This document shows, piece after piece, positions 17,936 to 27,010 of a stretch of 64,000 bases of DNA. The DNA comes from Myxococcota bacterium. GTDB lineage: Bacteria; Myxococcota_A; UBA9160; UBA4427. The notes beneath the pieces are model-generated. The model was not told where the DNA came from and made no database searches. It saw only the letters and a list, made by a program, of their open reading frames with translations. The DNA is taken from assembly GCA_029243605.1 (NCBI GenBank), contig JAQWRT010000069.1, positions 22,926-86,925 of the forward strand, read 5' to 3'. A program made the position numbers and the translations under genes. Every line of letters starts with the position of its first letter. Position 1 is the stretch's first letter.

Positions 17936-18124
17936 GGTCGCAAAGATCCCGCGGGGCAACGACGTCCATTCCCGAACGCATTCGCTCGGGAATCGTCGCT
18001 ACGCCGACTGCTATGCGGGCCTATTTCTGCGACCCACCCCGCGCTTCAAGGCTCCGCAAACCTCAAGGCGGCCCTGTCCGGGGCTTGAGCGTCGCTCTCC
18101 ACTCGCGGCACACCGACTTCCCAA

Positions 18125-18145
18125 CCGCGGCCGAATCGGCCGCGG
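18125..18145 (-). terminator. Stem-loop immediately downstream of khpA (possible terminator, no U-tract)
   Basis: 9-bp stem CCGCGGCCG/CGGCCGCGG with loop AAT, 9 nt after the khpA stop. It is followed on the minus strand by TTGGGAAG only. Confidence 0.4.
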
Positions 18146-18153
18146 CAGCGATT

Positions 18154-18393
18154 TCAGTCCTCGATGATCTCAAGGATGTAGCGCTTCTTCTCTTTGCCAC
18201 TCGCAGCGGTCATAAGCGTGCGAATCGCCGAGGCGTGGGCACCGCCCTTCCCGATGACCTTGCCAAGATCCCCGGGAGCAACTCGTAACTCCAGCAGGTG
18301 GGCGTGGTCACCCACGACCTCCTTGAGCTGCACCTCTCCAGGCTCATCGACCAACGCGTGCACAATTCCTTCAATCAGTTCCTTCATCGTCAT
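18154..18393 (-). CDS. khpA: KH-domain RNA-binding protein (KhpA/YlqC, UPF0109)
   Basis: MTMKELIEGIVHALVDEPGEVQLKEVVGDHAHLLELRVAPGDLGKVIGKGGAHASAIRTLM, with the KH GxxG loop IGKGG. SD GGGAGA lies 7 nt upstream of the ATG at 18393. Confidence 0.88.
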   Translation of the reverse strand: MTMKELIEGIVHALVDEPGEVQLKEVVGDHAHLLELRVAPGDLGKVIGKGGAHASAIRTLMTAASGKEKKRYILEIIED

Positions 18394-18914
18394 CACTGTT
18401 CTCCCAGCCCTACTTTTTCGTCTTCAACAGTCCATCGACTTTCGTTCGAACGCTCCCACTGAGATAACCAACCAGCAAGACCAATCTTCCTCCTTCTCCC
18501 AGTCGTTCGCATCGGGGAAAGACCCAACAACCACCCAGGTATCACCGCAATTCCGGGTGAATTATCAAAGTTCGCTACTCTTGCGCCCGAATAAACCGGA
18601 CGGGGCACGAGACCCCTGCGACTTACGGCCGGCAAAAGAGAGCGAGGCCCGTCACTCCAGGCTCGCGTATCAAGCGGACTTCGCCGGAGCTTTCGAGGTG
18701 CGCTGTCCGAACCCACGCGGTGGATTTCGTTTTCGCAAAAGTGAGAATGATTCGAAGAACCAAGCCCATCTGAATAGAAGCATCGGCGCTGCCGCACAAT
18801 CGAAAACACTCCTCCCCGATTTCTCGGGGCCCTTGCACCTTCCAAAAGTTCCTCGCTCTTCCATTGCTCCCGCGGCCATCCCCACCGAGACCTGAAAAAG
18901 GATTGCGAGTTCCC

Positions 18915-20267
18915 ATGTCGGAACAAGACATCACGATCGAGTTCTTGCGGCGCCTCCTGGCCTCCGAGGACGACTTCCAAGCAGAAGAGCGCTTGGCCGA
19001 AATTCACCCCTCGACTCTTGCCCCTCTTCTCAGCGACCTTTCGGCCGACGAGATCGAACGACTCGTCGACCGCCTCTTCGTCCGGCACCGAGCGGCGGCG
19101 ATGCTTGCAGACCTCCCCCCGGAGTTGATGCCCGAGATCCTGGGCGCGGTTCCGGACCAGCGTCTGGCCGACGTCCTGGCGCGACTAGAAGTCGACGACA
19201 TGCTCTCTATCACCGAGCAACTCCCGGCAGAGCGGCAGGAGATCATCAAGGAGAGGCTCCCTGCCCGCCAGCGGCGAGAGTTGATGCATGCCGAACTCTA
19301 CCCGGCAGAGAGTGCTGGACGAACCATGACTACCCATTTCATCGCTCTCCGCGAAGAGATGAGCGCACAGGAAGCGATCGACGAGATTCGCATTGAGAGC
19401 GAGTCGAATGAAGATGCACTCCACCTCTACGTCGTCGATGAGACGCGACGGCTCCTCGGCGAGGTTCCGATTCGCAAGCTTGTTTCCACTCCACCCCAGA
19501 CTCCAGTATCCAAACTTATGCTTCCCGACCCCATCAGCATCTCATCCGAAGCCGATCAGGAGCAGGCAGCACAACTCGTCGCTCGCTACGACTTACTCGC
19601 ACTCCCGGTGACGGATCCAGATGATAGGATGGTTGGCATCATAACTGTGGACGATGTCATTGATGTCATTAACGAAGAAGCGACGGAGGACATCTACCAC
19701 CTCGTCGGTCTCTCCGAAGCCGATCGCGTCTTTACTGCAGCTCGCGTATCGATCAGCCGACGCCTGCCCTGGATGCTGGTCAACCTCTGTACGGCGTTTA
19801 CCGCAGCCTTCGTCGTCGGCCTCTTCGAATCGACCCTGGACCAACTTGTCAGCCTTGCAATCTTCCTACCCGTAGTCGCTGGTGTGGGTGGGAATGGAGG
19901 CATTCAAACCCTGACCGTCATTACTCGCTCGATCGCGTTGGGCGAAATCGAATTCTCGAGCGGCCTGCGCGCCGTGGGAAAAGAATTATGGGTTGGCTTG
20001 GTCATCGGCAGCGTAGCGGGGGTCCTCGCAGGCTTTATCGCGTACCTCTGGCAGGGGAATCCGGTGCTCGGCTTGGTGCTCTTGTTGGCGATGATGATCA
20101 CCATGACCGTCGCGAGTCTCCTTGGGGCAGCCGTCCCCCTTATGCTCAAGAGCCTCGATCAGGACCCAGCACTCGGGGCCGGGGTTCTCGTGACGTTCTG
20201 CACCGATGCCTTGGGATTCTTCTCGTTCCTTGGCATCGCGACCCTACTGCTCAACAGGCTGCTCTGA
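18915..20267 (+). CDS. mgtE: Magnesium transporter MgtE
   Basis: N-domain, tandem CBS region (LLALPVTDPDDRMVGIITVDDVIDVI) and C-terminal TM domain (FLPVVAGVGGNGGIQT...CTDALGFF). ATG at 18915. The track ORF starts at 18864. Confidence 0.92.
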   Translation: MSEQDITIEFLRRLLASEDDFQAEERLAEIHPSTLAPLLSDLSADEIERLVDRLFVRHRAAAMLADLPPELMPEILGAVPDQRLADVLARLEVDDMLSITEQLPAERQEIIKERLPARQRRELMHAELYPAESAGRTMTTHFIALREEMSAQEAIDEIRIESESNEDALHLYVVDETRRLLGEVPIRKLVSTPPQTPVSKLMLPDPISISSEADQEQAAQLVARYDLLALPVTDPDDRMVGIITVDDVIDVINEEATEDIYHLVGLSEADRVFTAARVSISRRLPWMLVNLCTAFTAAFVVGLFESTLDQLVSLAIFLPVVAGVGGNGGIQTLTVITRSIALGEIEFSSGLRAVGKELWVGLVIGSVAGVLAGFIAYLWQGNPVLGLVLLLAMMITMTVASLLGAAVPLMLKSLDQDPALGAGVLVTFCTDALGFFSFLGIATLLLNRLL

Positions 20268-20279
20268 ACGGATGGGCTT

Positions 20280-23096
20280 TTAAGAGGATCCGGCGGCTTC
20301 GACGTCCCCGTCGGCGATCCGCCGACGTTCCCAACCGCCCTCGCCTCGCACCAATTCCCAGGTCGGCCAGTACTCGAGATCGAGCTTGAGGGTCTTCACA
20401 CGAACACGACCCTCGAGGTCGAGGATTTTGAGCCGTACCGAACCCCGGTCATCGGTCTCTGCCACAGCCGCGAGGAATGCATCGAGATCCGGCGTCGGTT
20501 TTCCGTTGACCTCAACGATCCGACTCGTCGCCGTCAGGCCATACCGGTTGGCGGGCGAGCCATACCAATAGCGAGACACATACACGCCCTCCCCAGGCAA
20601 CGAAAAGTCCCTGGCCAAGGCCGCTGGAGGCTCTTGGAGCAGAGCCCCCGCCCAGAGGAGGCCGCGGTCGGTCCCCGTACCCGAAAGCGCCTGAGTGGGA
20701 ACCATGAGACTCAACTCCCGCCCCTTGCGCAGGACTTTCACCAGAACCTCGTCGGCCCTGGCCGCAAGCTCCACCTCCCGAAAACGCGTCACCGGCTGAC
20801 CGTCGACCGAGAGCAGCAGGTCCCCCGCACGGAGCAAGACCGCCGAAGGACTGTCGGCACTCACGCGCACGACGGTGAGCACCCGCCTCTCCTCTGGGTC
20901 ATGCTCCTCGAGTTTTCGCGCCGACGCCTCGGACAGGCCCCGGGCACGAGCGTCGGCCAAGGTCAGCGGCTTCAACTCAACCCCCAGCGATCGCCAGTGA
21001 ACCTCTTCCCCCCGGCGCAGCTTTTCCACAACTTCCTTGATCGGAGCCACGGGAATCCCCGCGAAGAACTGGTTGGCCGAGGGCCCTTCCCCAAGAGAGT
21101 ACGCGGCCCAAAGTGCCTGCACCCGGCCCCTGCCATCGGCGAGAACGCCTCCCACCGTCGGCGTCGAGTCCTCGAGCATCACCAGTTCGACATTGCGGTC
21201 GCGAAAACGCGGAGGAAAGGGAAGCGGCAGGCTCACGGGTTCTCGCCGGGCCACTCGGGTCTCTCGCGAAACGATCCGCTGCTCCCCAGAAATCCCCACC
21301 AACCAGACCTCATCGCCGACGGCCATCCCGCTTTCCCTGAGCCGAGCGCTCTCCACCGGGGTATCCCCGATCAACGCTGGGTCGTAGCGAATCACAGCAA
21401 AATTGTGTTCGGGGTGGAGGTAAAAAACCTCTCCGGGCACCTCAACCGACCCGCCAAAGGTCAAGGCGAGCAGACCCAGTGCCACCGGCACGGTTTCCCG
21501 ATCGACCACCACAAGACCTTTTTCGGCATCCACAACAAGACCCGTGCCCACAAAACGATCGTGGTGCACCCCGTCAATCAGGTAGGGGATACTGTTGGTC
21601 ACCAGGACCAGTGAAGGCGCCAAATTCCTGACCGGCCTCGGGCCATCCACCTCGACTCGCGTGGTCGCCGGCTCGAGTGGCGAGGGCGGCGGAGGGGCTT
21701 CGGACAGGACACAGGGCCAGCGACCCGTCGCATCGTCCCGGGTGCAGTGCTGCATCGAGAACCAGTCCCGACTCGCCTGGACCACCGCCACCCTGGGCAT
21801 CCGCGGGTTCCGTGGCATGTGAAAGCGAATGGGCACTCGATCACCTTGGGCGTGACGCGCCATCTCGGCCTCAAAACCACCGAGATCCGGAATCGCCACA
21901 CCATTGACCTCGGTGATGACCGCTCCGGGCGGAACACCGGCCCTCGAAAACATGAAACCCGGCGACGCCAGGTAGACGCCCTCGGCAGGAACCGCGTAGT
22001 TCCGCGCCATGTGATACGAAACTGGATTGACGACGCCTCCCCCAACCTCGAGGTAACTCGATGGGATCAACGCATGAAGGTCCACCACCTCCAACTTCAG
22101 GGACAAGGGCTCACCACCCCGCTCGACTTCCAGGCTTACGCTGGAACCCACCGAATCATCGAAAACCGTCTCCAGCCCCAGGAAGTCTCCCACCTGGTCG
22201 CCGTTGATTCGAACCACGACGTCCCCGGGCTCCAGAATCCCGGCAGCGGGACCTCCGGGCACCACCTCACTCACCACCACCATGCCCGTCCCATCTTCGA
22301 AGGCGGTCCGCGCAGCGGATTCGGTCTCACGCCGAACGCCCAGGCGCCGCGCCTCGTCGTAGGGTTGGTAGGTAAAAACGGTCTGCAGAGTGCCTCGGGG
22401 GACGGGTTCGCCCTGCCGGAGAAGCTCGAGGGCTCTCTTCACGCGATCCAGGGGTAGAAAATAGCTCGAAGCCGCGGTTCGCTTCCCGGCGGCATTCATG
22501 GCCACCACCTTGCCGTCGACATCGATCACCGGCGAGCCGGAGGAGCCCCCGGATGTGCCCGAGGCCGCCTGGATATAGAAAGTATTGAAATCGTTCCACG
22601 AATCCGGGCCGTAATCCGGGGCTTCTCGGTCGAGGCGGGCAATCGTCCCGGGAAGAATCGCGAGCTTGTCGCCGGCATCGTTCCCCACCACCCGAATTTC
22701 CCTACCCACCCGGGCAAGCTCGGGAGCGAGTTCCAATTCCCGGATTTCCATAAACTCGGCATCCTTCGGATCGAAGCGGAAGAATCCGAAATCGTGGACG
22801 GGATCGCGATAGATCGCCTGAACCGGAACTTCCTCGTTGTCGAGGAGCACCGCTTCGGCAACGACCGGGCCCGTCGTCACCACGTGGCGATTGGTCAGGA
22901 TGAGGCCCTCTGCGGCGTCGACGATGAACCCGGTAGCCGTCGCGTAGCCCGAGGTCTGGCCATCGAAGGAGCGCGGCGAGTTGATACGCAGGACCACCAC
23001 GCCGGGCACAGCCTCGTCGAGTGTCTGCTGCCAATCGTCGGCGGCCTGGGCAAGCGTCGCGACCGCTACCAATAGCGAGACAAGAGCAAGCCTCAA
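20280..23096 (-). CDS. Large secreted trypsin-like serine protease with duplicated HtrA-like/PDZ modules (Nma111-like)
   Basis: TNRHVV (His), YRDPVHDFGFFRFDP (Asp) and GTSGGSSGSPVIDVDGKVVAMNAAG (Ser). Several PDZ-like segments and a second, degenerate protease-like repeat (YLHPEHNFAVIRYDP) follow. The TTG at 23096 gives signal peptide MRLALVSLLVAVATLAQA and avoids overlap with thrC. The longest ORF reaches 23201. Confidence 0.85.
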   Translation of the reverse strand: MRLALVSLLVAVATLAQAADDWQQTLDEAVPGVVVLRINSPRSFDGQTSGYATATGFIVDAAEGLILTNRHVVTTGPVVAEAVLLDNEEVPVQAIYRDPVHDFGFFRFDPKDAEFMEIRELELAPELARVGREIRVVGNDAGDKLAILPGTIARLDREAPDYGPDSWNDFNTFYIQAASGTSGGSSGSPVIDVDGKVVAMNAAGKRTAASSYFLPLDRVKRALELLRQGEPVPRGTLQTVFTYQPYDEARRLGVRRETESAARTAFEDGTGMVVVSEVVPGGPAAGILEPGDVVVRINGDQVGDFLGLETVFDDSVGSSVSLEVERGGEPLSLKLEVVDLHALIPSSYLEVGGGVVNPVSYHMARNYAVPAEGVYLASPGFMFSRAGVPPGAVITEVNGVAIPDLGGFEAEMARHAQGDRVPIRFHMPRNPRMPRVAVVQASRDWFSMQHCTRDDATGRWPCVLSEAPPPPSPLEPATTRVEVDGPRPVRNLAPSLVLVTNSIPYLIDGVHHDRFVGTGLVVDAEKGLVVVDRETVPVALGLLALTFGGSVEVPGEVFYLHPEHNFAVIRYDPALIGDTPVESARLRESGMAVGDEVWLVGISGEQRIVSRETRVARREPVSLPLPFPPRFRDRNVELVMLEDSTPTVGGVLADGRGRVQALWAAYSLGEGPSANQFFAGIPVAPIKEVVEKLRRGEEVHWRSLGVELKPLTLADARARGLSEASARKLEEHDPEERRVLTVVRVSADSPSAVLLRAGDLLLSVDGQPVTRFREVELAARADEVLVKVLRKGRELSLMVPTQALSGTGTDRGLLWAGALLQEPPAALARDFSLPGEGVYVSRYWYGSPANRYGLTATSRIVEVNGKPTPDLDAFLAAVAETDDRGSVRLKILDLEGRVRVKTLKLDLEYWPTWELVRGEGGWERRRIADGDVEAAGSS

Positions 23097-23100
23097 TCGC

Positions 23101-24450
23101 TCAACCCCGGAACCGGAGATCAATCTCCTGGAGCATTCGATCTCGTACCTTGTCGTATCGAGCGTCCAACTCGATGGGCGGATTCGCATGGCTCGGCGCA
23201 AAATTCTCCAAGCTCATCTCGTGATAATTCTGTTTAAAATCCGTGAACTTGAGCCCGTGCGCCGTGGAGACCACGACGACCCGGTCGCTCTTCTTGATCA
23301 GCCCGCGGCCAAGAAGTTTCTGCATCGCCGCGAGGGCCACGCCAGTATGAGGGCAATTGAAGAGTCCCGTGCGATCCGCCGCCGCGCAGGCCTCCATGAT
23401 CTCAGCTTCAGTCGCCTGTTCCACCACTCCGTCGTAGCGGCGCAACGCATCGATGGCCTTATCCCTGGAGACGGGATTCCCGATCTGGATCGCCGAAGCC
23501 ACGGTCTGACGCGCCGCAATCGGTTCGAAGACCTCGAAATCCTTCTGGTAAGCGAGATAGAGAGGGTTCGCCGCCTCGGCCTGCCCCACGCAGATACGCG
23601 GCTTCCGATCGACAATGCCCAATTCGAGGAGCAGATCCAGCCCCTTCGCAAGCGCCGAGACATTGCCCAGGTTGCCGCCGGGGATGATGATCCAATCCGG
23701 CACCTGCCAGTCGAATTGTTCGATAATCTCGATCCCGACGGTCTTCTGCCCCTCAATACGCAAGCTATTCATCGAGTTGGCGAGGTAGACACCATCGCGC
23801 TCGGAAACCTCGCGAACGATCTCCATGCAGCCGTCAAAATCCGTATCCAGGGCAAACACGATCGCACCGTTCGCCACGGGCTGGATCAGCTGGGCCAGGG
23901 AAATCTTGCCGCGAGGAAGAAAGACCACCGCGGGAATCGAAGCCGCCGCCGCGTAGGCCGCCAAGGCCGCCGAGGTGTCGCCGGTAGAGGCACACGCCAC
24001 GGCGGGGATATCCACGCCCCGGGAGATCATCTCCTTGACCTGGGAGACCAGGACAGTCATACCGAGATCCTTGAAGCTGCCGGTATGTGAGTTACCGCAG
24101 AGCTTGATCCAGAGATTGTCCAACCCGAGTTCTCGGCCATAGCGCTCCGCCCAGAAAAGGTTGGTATTCCCCTCGTACATCGACACGACATTCTCGTCGG
24201 CCACGCCGGGCAGAACCCACTCCTTTTTGCCCCAGACACCCGAGCCGTAGGGCCAGTCGTGACGCCGGGCTCTCCGCTCGAATTTCTGCTTCCACTCGTC
24301 GGCGCTGTGCTGCTTCAGGGCCTCTAGGTCGTGAGTCACCTGAAGCAGGCCTCCGGACCGGTCGGTGTATACGATCTCTTCCAGGGAGTACTGCTCCGAA
24401 GAGTCGCTAAGACTTTCGAACCAGGCCCGGTAGGGTTTCGCCGCCGCCAT
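23101..24450 (-). CDS. thrC: Threonine synthase
   Basis: [13 protein letters not shown] (PLP lysine) and [31 protein letters not shown] at 24450. A TTG at 24456 would overlap the hom stop by 4 nt. Confidence 0.93.
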   Translation of the reverse strand: MAAAKPYRAWFESLSDSSEQYSLEEIVYTDRSGGLLQVTHDLEALKQHSADEWKQKFERRARRHDWPYGSGVWGKKEWVLPGVADENVVSMYEGNTNLFWAERYGRELGLDNLWIKLCGNSHTGSFKDLGMTVLVSQVKEMISRGVDIPAVACASTGDTSAALAAYAAAASIPAVVFLPRGKISLAQLIQPVANGAIVFALDTDFDGCMEIVREVSERDGVYLANSMNSLRIEGQKTVGIEIIEQFDWQVPDWIIIPGGNLGNVSALAKGLDLLLELGIVDRKPRICVGQAEAANPLYLAYQKDFEVFEPIAARQTVASAIQIGNPVSRDKAIDALRRYDGVVEQATEAEIMEACAAADRTGLFNCPHTGVALAAMQKLLGRGLIKKSDRVVVVSTAHGLKFTDFKQNYHEMSLENFAPSHANPPIELDARYDKVRDRMLQEIDLRFRG

Positions 24451-24452
24451 GG

Positions 24453-25793
24453 TCAATCTCCCTCCTCAATGCGCACCACAAGGGTGGGCTCGGCAACCTC
24501 GGCGAGTTGATCCACCTGGGTCAGAGCAGCGCTAAGCGAAGCCTCGTTGGCCCGGTGGGTCAAGATGATGATGGGCACCCGCGCGGCCTCCCCCGCCCCA
24601 CTCTTTTGGACGACGGAAGCGATCCCGACACCCTCGGCCCCCAGGGCGCCGGTAATCTTCGCCAACACGCCGGGCTCGTCGGCCGCGGTGAAGCGCAGAT
24701 AGAAGCGCCCATTCAGTTCCTCCTGGGCAACCAGGGGCTTGGGCACCAAGTGGTGGGCCAGATAGGAGAGCGGCGCCACGGGTCCGGCCCCTCCCCGCTG
24801 GAGTTCCCGGGCGATCTCGATCAGGTCGGCGACCACGGCGCTGGCCGTGGGCATCTCCCCGGCCCCAGCCCCATAATAGAGTGTCGGCCCAACGGCGTCC
24901 CCGCGAACCTCGATGGCATTCATGGCCGCATCGACATTGGCGAGCATGCTTCCCAGCGGAACCATCGTCGGGTGGACCCGGGTTTCGATTCGCTCACCGG
25001 TGCCTTCCTCCCGGTGACATTTCGCGACTCCCAGGAGCTTGATCCGATAACCAAACTCTCGGGCCAACTCGAAATCGATGGGCATCAGCCGACGAATCCC
25101 CTCGGTGGGAATCTGCTCGAAGCTGAGCTCAGCCCCAAAGGCCATGGCGGTCAAGAGGGCCAGCTTGTGCGCCGCATCGATCCCGTCCACATCAAAGGTC
25201 GGGTCCGCCTCGGCATAACCGAGTTCCTGAGCCCGATTCAGAACGACGTCGAAATCCTCCTGAGTTCTCTCCATCTCGGTCAGGACATAATTCGTGGTGC
25301 CGTTCAGGATCCCCAGCACGCTCTCGATATGGTTGGCGGAAAGGCCTTCGCGCAATGAGCGCAGAATCGGGATACCCCCCCCCACCGCGGCTTCGAAAGC
25401 CACGTCGACGCCCGCCTCACCCGCCGCCGAGAAAATTTCCTTCCCGTGCAATGCCAGCAAGGCTTTGTTCGCGGTCACCACGGGCTTACCGGCGGCAATG
25501 GCCGACAGAATGAAGCGTTTGGCCACGTCGTAGCCGCCGACGAGCTCGATCACGATATCCACATCGGAAGAGGCGATCAGCCCCTCGGCATCCGAATCGA
25601 AACGAATCCCCGAGAGATCGACGCGCCGATCGGTTTCGGTGTCGAGGTCGGCAATGGCCACCATTCGCAAGGGGAAACCGAGCCTCTGTTCGATCACCGT
25701 GGCGTTATTCGTCAAGACCTTGACGACTCCCGCTCCAATAGTCCCGAAGCCGACCAGACCCACACCGATGCTGCGTCGCTTTTCTTCCGTCAT
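24453..25793 (-). CDS. hom: Homoserine dehydrogenase
   Basis: [17 protein letters not shown]-binding loop, a central catalytic domain and a C-terminal ACT domain ([23 protein letters not shown]). Confidence 0.93.
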   Translation of the reverse strand: MTEEKRRSIGVGLVGFGTIGAGVVKVLTNNATVIEQRLGFPLRMVAIADLDTETDRRVDLSGIRFDSDAEGLIASSDVDIVIELVGGYDVAKRFILSAIAAGKPVVTANKALLALHGKEIFSAAGEAGVDVAFEAAVGGGIPILRSLREGLSANHIESVLGILNGTTNYVLTEMERTQEDFDVVLNRAQELGYAEADPTFDVDGIDAAHKLALLTAMAFGAELSFEQIPTEGIRRLMPIDFELAREFGYRIKLLGVAKCHREEGTGERIETRVHPTMVPLGSMLANVDAAMNAIEVRGDAVGPTLYYGAGAGEMPTASAVVADLIEIARELQRGGAGPVAPLSYLAHHLVPKPLVAQEELNGRFYLRFTAADEPGVLAKITGALGAEGVGIASVVQKSGAGEAARVPIIILTHRANEASLSAALTQVDQLAEVAEPTLVVRIEEGD

Positions 25794-25798
25794 CGCCC

Positions 25799-27010
25799 CT
25801 ACGCCTCTCTCGCCCGTTTTAAAAATCGCCGGATGCCTCGAGCAGCCTGCCGAATTCGGCTCCTGTTTTCCACCAGGGCAAAACGCACATAGCCCTCACC
25901 GCTCTTCCCAAAACCGATTCCGGGCGAAACCGCGACCTTGGCCTCCCTCAACAGCAGTTTGGAAAACTCTAACGACCCCATCGCCTCGAAGGGGCTCGGA
26001 ATCGGCGCCCAGACGAACATCGTGGCCTGGGGCTTCTCGATTTCCCAACAGCCCTCACCGGCCTGGCCCAAGCTGTCGCAGAGCGCGTCCCTCCGCTCGC
26101 GATAGACCCCGACATTCTCCTGGACACAATCCTGGGGGCCACGCAATGCGCCGATGGCCGCGATCTGAATGGCCTGGGGCATCCCGTAATCGAGGTAGCT
26201 CTTGATCCGCCGAAGCGCGTGGATCATCTCGGGGTTTCCGCAGGCAAAACCCACCCGCCAACCCGCCATGGAATGGCTCTTGGACAAGGAGATGAACTCG
26301 ATGGCGATATCCTTGGCGCCCGGCACCTCGAGGATACTCGGAGGCTTACATCCGTCGAAGGCGATCTCGGCGTAAGCGAAATCGTGAAGCACCATCAAAT
26401 CGTGGGCCTTGGCGAAATCGACCACGCGCTCGAAAAAGTCCAACCCGACCACGTCTGTCGTCGGGTTCGCGGGAAAGGAGAGAATCAACATCTTGGGGCG
26501 GGGCCAGGTCAGGCTCACCGCTTCCTCGAGGTTGACGAAGAAGTCTTCAGCGCCCGTCAGCGGGACCGTCCGCAGATCGCCTCCGGCGATGATCACGGAG
26601 TATTGATGAATCGGGTACGCGGGGTCTGGCACCAGGACCACATCCCCCGGGCCGATGGTCATCAATACGAAATGGCTGAGGCCCTCCTTGGCGCCGATCA
26701 CCGCGATGGCCTCGCGATCGGGGTCCAACTCGACCCCATGACGGCGTTGGTACCACTCGGTGGCCGCCAGACGCAAGTTGGGAATGCCCTGAGAAGACGA
26801 GTAACGGTGATTTCGCGGATCCCGGGCCGCCTCGACGATCTTTTCAACGACATGGGGCGGCGTGGGAAGGTCGGGGTTTCCCATCCCCAGGTCGATGATG
26901 TCCTCGCCATCCCGGCGAGCAGCCCGAGCCAGTTCGGTCACCTCCGACAGGATGTAGGGAGGCAAGCGGTTGAGCTTATTGAAATCGTGTCGAGGGCGAA
27001 AATCAGACAT
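25799..27010 (-). CDS. Class I/II pyridoxal-phosphate aminotransferase (AlaA/AspC-like)
   Basis: [14 protein letters not shown]...[14 protein letters not shown]...[15 protein letters not shown] (PLP Lys motif SxSK). ATG at 27010. The track ORF extends to 27121. Confidence 0.88.
   Translation of the reverse strand: MSDFRPRHDFNKLNRLPPYILSEVTELARAARRDGEDIIDLGMGNPDLPTPPHVVEKIVEAARDPRNHRYSSSQGIPNLRLAATEWYQRRHGVELDPDREAIAVIGAKEGLSHFVLMTIGPGDVVLVPDPAYPIHQYSVIIAGGDLRTVPLTGAEDFFVNLEEAVSLTWPRPKMLILSFPANPTTDVVGLDFFERVVDFAKAHDLMVLHDFAYAEIAFDGCKPPSILEVPGAKDIAIEFISLSKSHSMAGWRVGFACGNPEMIHALRRIKSYLDYGMPQAIQIAAIGALRGPQDCVQENVGVYRERRDALCDSLGQAGEGCWEIEKPQATMFVWAPIPSPFEAMGSLEFSKLLLREAKVAVSPGIGFGKSGEGYVRFALVENRSRIRQAARGIRRFLKRAREA

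Noticed and set aside
17871-18167. 98-aa plus-strand and 74-aa minus-strand (17735-17959) ORFs in the khpA/bS22 gap
   Set aside because: There is no ribosome-binding site, no recognisable domains and atypical composition. The region has hairpins and promoter-like motifs more consistent with non-coding function.
18700-18914. M-box (ykoK) Mg2+ riboswitch upstream of mgtE
   Set aside because: The conserved blocks UAGGUGAGGC, CUGCCC, AAGGUG and GUGCUAAA were not found on the plus strand by eye. A covariance-model scan is still advisable.
18393-19088. 231-aa minus-strand ORF spanning the khpA-mgtE gap and the mgtE 5' end
   Set aside because: It shows no coding signature and overlaps the well-supported mgtE N-terminus in antisense. 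Its start overlaps khpA.
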